A DNA stretch of 63,975 nt, the filler included, from Folioceros fuciformis (taxonomy: Eukaryota): assembly GCA_049999805.1 (NCBI GenBank). It is 6 parts of 5 records of this genome, joined end to end, with 100 filler letters (N's around TTAATTAATTAA, not from the genome) between each part and the next. Parts side by side here need not be neighbours in the genome. Positions count along the whole stretch, not along the records: positions 36,915 to 59,348 come from JBNGIO010005870.1; positions 59,449 to 62,672 come from JBNGIO010005875.1; positions 62,773 to 63,975 come from JBNGIO010005908.1; 3 more parts are not named here. One strand, written 5' to 3'. The notes under the pieces were generated by a model. It had not been told where the DNA came from. It saw only the letters and a program-made list of their open reading frames with translations, and made no database searches. Of this stretch, positions 57,728 through 63,975 are shown one piece after another (positions within the stretch are counted from its first letter, which is position 1; every line of letters begins with the position of its first letter). The position numbers and the translations under genes were made by a program.

Positions 57728-59320
57728 TGTACACCAAACTCACATATGCACAAGAGAATGAATTATTATTAACTTTAACAAAAAAAAGTCTTATATACTT
57801 CTATAAATGAAACCCTAACGTTAACCATGCGAGGTTAACTAGACTTCACTAAATAACCCTAACACTCCCTCTTAACCGAACAAGGTTAACAAAACGGTAT
57901 CTATCAGAATGGTGTCTAGGGGTACGCTCCTGTTTCCAATCTTAGAGCGTAAAGACTGATCAGGCAAGCGGAGCGTGAGTGACTATTGAGTTCCATGCAG
58001 GACAGGCTAGGACGTGAGCGCAGGGAACAGGCAATGTCCGGCTGTGTGGCCATGAAGACAAATAGTGAGCTTGTGCTTGCAGTCCTGTGCATCGTCACAG
58101 CAGAGAGCATAATAGCAGGCAACAGCATGGAGGCATGGCGCAAGCGGAACCTGGCTACCAAGGAAGGAATGGCCACCACCAAGGCTGGAGCAGCCCAGTT
58201 CTTGGACATGAACTCATGAATTTCGACGGTGACAGTCGACCCAAGTCCATACTGCGCTGTAGAGAGGCCTAGGCATTCGGCAGGATGGTCAACGCAGGCA
58301 GACCGAAATCTGGTCTCACACCTCATACTGACCCTGAAGAAGATGGAGGAGCTTGATTGCATACTTCAGTCAGCCAATTGAGGTCAATTGAGCTGGAAGA
58401 CCTGGTGGGCAAAATCCCTCCTCACGTACCCCGCATGTTTCCACTTACACTTCCTGAGATCCAGTAGATGGTCAAGGAGCTAAAGGAAATGGGCTTCAAG
58501 AGCACACTTGGAGATCACGAGCCTAGTACGAGGCCAGCATAAAACCTCTACCTTCCTTCACAGCATGGTAAGCAAATAAAAGCCACTGTTTGTGTTGGTA
58601 GTTGATGCAGGATCAACTCACGTATGGATTTGTACTATTAGCTTCATCCACTGAGTGATCCTGTTTACATGTGCAGGAGAGAGGGTTGCACAACCTTGAA
58701 GAGTACCACCTGGTGTCATGCGTTTTCCTTAACCTATATCAGCACAGGAATAGCATAGAGACATGCCTGCCCACGAGAATGCCAACAACTTAGGTTGTAA
58801 AGCAATCCCTGCGAGGACATGCCATTTTTCATGTCAGCTGTAACACTGCTGCCATAGGTTAGTGAATTTCTAGGTTGCAGTAGGCATAGAGAACACCCTC
58901 AGCCCCAAGGCTGCAAGGTGCTTGTAGTGCTTTGGCTTACTTAAGCCCTTTGTGAGAATGTCAGCAATATTATCTTCAATACTAACATACTCGACTTTAC
59001 CTATGCCCCTTTCAGCCACATCTCGAATGTAATGGTGGTACAACTCAATATGCTTGGTTCTTGCATGGAAGCGGGGGTTAGACACCAAGGCAATAGCTGA
59101 CATATTGTTACAGAGCAGCAAAGTTGGCTCCTTCTGTGGTAAGTGAAAAACATCAAGAAATTGTCGTTCCCATTCTAACTCCTTACATGCATCCGTCAGG
59201 GCCTTATACTCAGCTTCAGTCGAGGACAGTGCAAGAGAAGTCTACTTCTTACAAGACCAGTTAATAGCACCTTGTGCCAACAAGAAAACATGAGCTGACA
59301 GACTTTTCCTAGTATCCACA
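57728..59320 (-). mobile_element. Copia 3' end: RNase H (58870-59320), ~1-kb 3' region, PPT, 137-bp 3' LTR (57728-57864)
   Basis: TEAEYKAL, HARTKHIE and ADILTK motifs. AAGAGGGAG followed by TGTTAGGG...GTACA. Confidence 0.85.
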
Positions 59321-59543
59321 TTATGTTGAAATGACCCTTATTAATATGNNNNNNNNNNNNNNNNNNNNNNNNNNNNNNNNNNNNNNNNNNNNTTAATTAA
59401 TTAANNNNNNNNNNNNNNNNNNNNNNNNNNNNNNNNNNNNNNNNNNNNCTCCTACAGCATCTCGACCTACCTCGAGAAGAGTACCTTATGCAATCGGCTT
59501 GATCACCCGTGAGCACCTGATAATCTTATCAAAGTAAGTCAGA

Positions 59544-62500
59544 ATGGCTACAGGAGGGGGCGCTGGAGGTGGCGGTGGAGGAGTTCCATCTCTTCCACCA
59601 GTGCCAGTGATACCTGCACCATCCTTCTCCATGGAATTTAAAGAGAAGGACCGTTTCAATGGCTCCAAGTTCCATGGATGGCGTGTGCGAATGACCGCTG
59701 CCCTGCAAGCTCGGCACGTGTGGAATGTGGTTAGTGGCACACTCCCTAAACCAGCTGCAGGAGCTCCAGCGGATGAGATAGAGAAGTGGGACAACCTGAA
59801 CCACGTTGCTCGTGCGGTCTTGATTAGTGGTCTTGATGAAGTCCTTTTGCCCGATGTGGCTTACCTACCAGACTCCAACGAAATCTGGACACAATTGCTG
59901 CAAACGTACGAGGCAAAGAACATACTTACGCAGTGTGCAATCCGTGGAGAGCTGTTTTCAATGAGACTTAGAGAAGGTGAGAAGGTGGGACCTTTCGTCT
60001 TGAAGTTTCGCCAACTAAGGGCCCAGCTTCTGAACCTAGGATCTCAGTTTCCGGAGTTGGATGCAGTCGCTCAACTCCTCACTTGCCTACCACCCAGCTA
60101 CCAGACCTTTGTTTCCGGCTTTGGTGCTTCCATTCGCGCGGCAGACAAAGCTGTAGCTGCTGGCAAAGCACCACAAATCAGCCTTGTGGACGTGATCGGT
60201 GCTCTCCTGCAAGAGGAGCAAAGCAGACTTCATTATACACCACAGGGTGGAAAAACAAAAACAGACAAGGTTCTTTATACTAAAGGACAGAAGCAACATA
60301 AAGGACAGAAGGGTAGACCCACTCCTGGTGACTCACCTTCTGGACCTTCTTCCAGCAAGCGTCCTGGATCCTGCAATTGGTGTGGCATCCAGGGCCACTG
60401 GGAGAGGGACTGCAGAAAAAAGAAAGCTGGCGAAGCTCGTAAGGTCGAGAAGCCTAAGCAGGCTGAGGCCCACACTATCGCTAAGCCTTCATCAACTGCT
60501 AACAAACCTCCTGTCGTCATGACCGTTTGTTTTGCATCGTCTGCAGGTCCTCCTTCCCCTCATAGTTGGTACTTAGATTCTGGGGCAACCTCCCATATCT
60601 GTAACGACAGAAGTTTGCTAAGTCACTATCGACCTTCTCATACGTCTGATAAGGTTTTGCTGGGAGATGAACTTACCCGTACAGGTCTGCACATTGCTGG
60701 GTCAGGCACATGTCGTTTCCGGTTGCACGATGGGTCCATCCTCCATCTTGACAACGTCCTGCATGTTCCCCTCATGGCCAAGCACCTCCTTTCAGTTAGT
60801 CAATTAATGTCTTCTAGAGAGTACGACCTCCTCTTCACTTCTCATAGTTGTGAACTTAAGAAGCGAGGGGGGGATGGACAGGTCGTAGGCAAAGGACATC
60901 TTTTTCATGACTTGTACCAGCTTGATCTCACATGCATTCCCCCTGAGTCTGTGCATGCCGCTCACTTATCACAGTCTGCCCAAGCCAGTTTATGGCATGC
61001 AAGACTAGGTCATGCTAATAGAGACAAGTTGATAAAAATGTCGAACTTGAACTGCTATAGAGAGCCCTTGCCAAAATGTTTTAAAGACCTACCTCTTTGT
61101 GATGCCTGCGTCATAGCCAAGCAAAAGGAAATTCCTTTTCCTAAATCAGTGGCTCATCGTGCATCACAGGTACTAGAGTTAGTACATGCGGACATTTCAG
61201 GCAAGATTCATGTCCCCTCTTTAGGTGGTGCCCTATATTACCTTACCATTACTGACGACTTTAGTAGATACTCTTGGACATACCCTCTCCGGTTGAAGTC
61301 CGATACGTTTGAGATCTTTCAGGAATGGTTGGTGATGGCGGAGAGGCAGACTGGATGCTTGCTACAACAGCTTCGTACTGACAACGGGGGAGAATTTACC
61401 CATGCCCACTTCAACCAGTTCCTGCTGGAAAAGGGAGTTGTACGACAGTTGATTGTACCGTATACTCAGCAACAGAACGGCGTTGCTGAACGTCGTAACC
61501 AGACTCTGCTAGGAATGACAAGAAGCATGTTAGAATGGGATGGTTTAAGCAAAGCATACTGGGCAGAGGCAGTGGTTACAACAGCTTATCTCCTTAACAG
61601 GCTTCTTACAAGCGCTGTGGATGGACAAACTCCGTTTGAGGTAATATGGCGAAGAAAGCCGAGCCTGCTGCATCTGCGGGTATTCGGCTCCCCAGCATAT
61701 GCATATATCCCTAAAGAGCGGCGACGAAAGTTAGAAGATAGAGCACGCCCACTTGTTTTTGTGGGTTATGGGGAAGAGGCTAAAGCTTATAAGTTGCTTG
61801 ATCCACTTACTTCGACAGCAGTCTTTGCCAGAAGCGTGACCTTCAAAGAACTTGTGTGTCCTGCCAAGCCATATTTTGATCACCTGTCAGACAACAGTGA
61901 AAGAGTCACTCATGTGGACTTGACAAACATGGAAGATTCATCCGAATTTCCACAAGACGACACACCTGGAGTTGTGCTCATTGAGGTTCCTGCAGCCGTG
62001 CAACACCCTGGAGCGGGTCCTGCACATCCACAGGCCAATGACCCTGCTGTACCAGATTTTCAGGCTCCTGATCCAGCTGCTCATGTAGCACCGCCTGCTC
62101 ACTTGGTTCAAGAAGACCAGGCTTCTGATACTAATGATGTCAGGGAACAGCCTGCAGCAGAGGATGAGGCTGAAAATGATCTCGCTGCAGAAGATATTTC
62201 TGTCCACTCTACTGATTCTGATTTGAATGACAATTTACCTGGTCCCGTTACTGATGATGACGATGTGGCTGAAGTTCCTCTAGCTGTACAGCCTGAAGAA
62301 CGTCGCTATCCTCAGCGCACCAGGAATCCTCCCGCCCAGTGGACAGAACCCCCATATGCTTCTATTGACTTTCGACGCCCTAGAGCTGGAGTAACCCTGC
62401 CAAAATCCAAGTCTTCTGTGAGCAATCCACTCTTCATCAAGCCTGAACCTAAGTCATATCGGGAGGCAATCACGGGTGCTGACAAGGCACACTGGATCCC

Positions 62501-62672
62501 CTCGATCAAGGATGAGTATGACTCCTTGATAAAGAACGATACATGGGAATTGTGCCTCTTACCTAAAGGTCGGAAAGTTGTCAGCTGCAAGTGGGTCTTC
62601 AAGCACAAATTGAATGCCCAGGGTGAGATTGCTCGATATAAGTCTCGGCTTGTGGCTAGGGGTTTCACCCAG
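59544..62672 (+). CDS. Copia Gag-Pol, open until cut by an assembly gap early in RT
   Basis: Gag, CNWCGIQGHWERDC, LDSGAT, WHARLGH, integrase D-D-E and the RT start KWVFKHK..LVARGFTQ. Confidence 0.93.
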
Positions 62673-62839
62673 NNNNNNNNNNNNNNNNNNNNNNNNNNNN
62701 NNNNNNNNNNNNNNNNTTAATTAATTAANNNNNNNNNNNNNNNNNNNNNNNNNNNNNNNNNNNNNNNNNNNNTTTGAGAAGTTCCACCTTCATGCTGTCA
62801 AGGAGCATGAGAGGAGGAGGGCTGCAGCTAGTGGCAGGG

Positions 62840-63975
62840 TGTGGACTCCACATGCTGAATAGGTCCTTGGAAAATGGTAGGATTTCTCTTTTTGGGAATC
62901 TCTAAGTGAACCCTGTGGTGAAATGGTTAAAAGATTAGGTTAGATTAGTAGCTAGATTAATGGTGAGGCGAGATGCGTCTTTGAAGGGTTGCTGGAATGA
63001 TCTGAGAGAAGGGATGGAATGATTTGAGAGAGGAGGGAGAGTGTTGAGAGGCACTGACCATTTTGGTAGTCTTGAGAGGTTGGTCAATTTTGGTAAGGGC
63101 ACCCAGTGGTGTCCATGGGACACAACCCCTTTCAGGTCAGAACTAGGTTTGGGTCAAAGTTAGGGTTAGGTCAGAGTTAAGTTTAGGTCAGAATTAGGGC
63201 CGGCTTAGGTCAGAGAGAGATTGCTGGGTGGTTGACTGAGGCTAACCCTAATAGATAGAGATGGAGGTTTGGGCCAAGGTAGTATAAGAGGCTAGACCTG
63301 CCATTGAGGAGGGGGCTGTCTACGGTGCGATTTCCCTGGACCTTGGGTGCAGAACTCCTGGCTTAGGGCGCTGAGCTGGTTGAGACTAAACCAAGGTCTT
63401 GATTTCCCTTGCCACTAGGGGGACGTGGGGGATCCCAAGACTGCCAAGATTCGTGTGGCCGGATCCGCAATGGTTGACCACCTTGCATGCTGGCTGAGGT
63501 GAGGTTGCAGGGCCGTAAGCCAAGGAGGCTACCCAGCCCTAGGCCTCGCCTTTGCCTTGAAGGCTGCAAGAGGGAAGGCTGTTGTGTTCCAAATTGCAGG
63601 AGAGAAGGGTTGAGTTGCAGATTTTGGAAGTGGAAGTGTTGAAGTGAGGAGTTGAGCTGAAGTGAGGGGCTGGAGGGTGAAGTGAAGTGCTGAAGTGAAG
63701 GACTGAAGTGCTGAAGTGAAGGTTTGAAGTGCTCAAGTGAAGTGCTGAAGTGGTGGAATGAAGTGTTGGAGCTGGAGTGAGGAGCTAGCTGAAGTTGAGG
63801 TTCTCGTTCAGCTGCGGAGGTAGCTAGCACTTGGTGCTGAGAGTTGGAGGCTAGACTTGGGGCTGGAGCCTCCTCTTAGCACTGAAGTGATTGATACTTG
63901 GAGCTGGAAATGAAGGCTGAAGACAATGCTGGAGTTCTCATTTTGTTGAGGCTGGGGTTGGTGTTGTGGTAGGAG
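62840..63975 (+). mobile_element. Short variant of the TGTGGA-family element lacking the GC-rich interior
   Basis: The left end matches 2473 and 3925, then jumps at ~62970 into sequence homologous to ~26215 onward. Confidence 0.78.

Overview
Eukaryotic genomic DNA from a land plant, probably a seed-free plant such as a fern (inferred from the element families and gene structure). About 48 kb is a nested transposon stack. It holds many Ty1/copia pieces, including one apparently intact 5.3 kb element with a 1431-aa Gag-Pol. It also holds a degenerate Ty3/gypsy element with a PHD finger after integrase, two decayed DUF7869/Sola-like DDD DNA transposases, and several LTR-like families with TGTGG...CCACA ends. 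One of those families has a GC-rich interior of very variable length that carries a captured USP gene fragment. A small gene island at about 48.7-55 kb encodes a 7-exon TM9SF/EMP70 protein and a single-exon DUF1191 protein, followed by a 5'-truncated CRE-type non-LTR retrotransposon. The most unusual structure is a set of arrays of a 24-bp palindrome (AGTGCGCCGG-TMTA-CCGGCGCACT) around the DNA transposase. One array has fixed-length unique 17-nt spacers (CRISPR-like layout) and lies inside a GT-AG intron that I could splice in frame by hand. N runs containing TTAATTAATTAA are assembly spacers. All family assignments come from motif recognition, not database searches.
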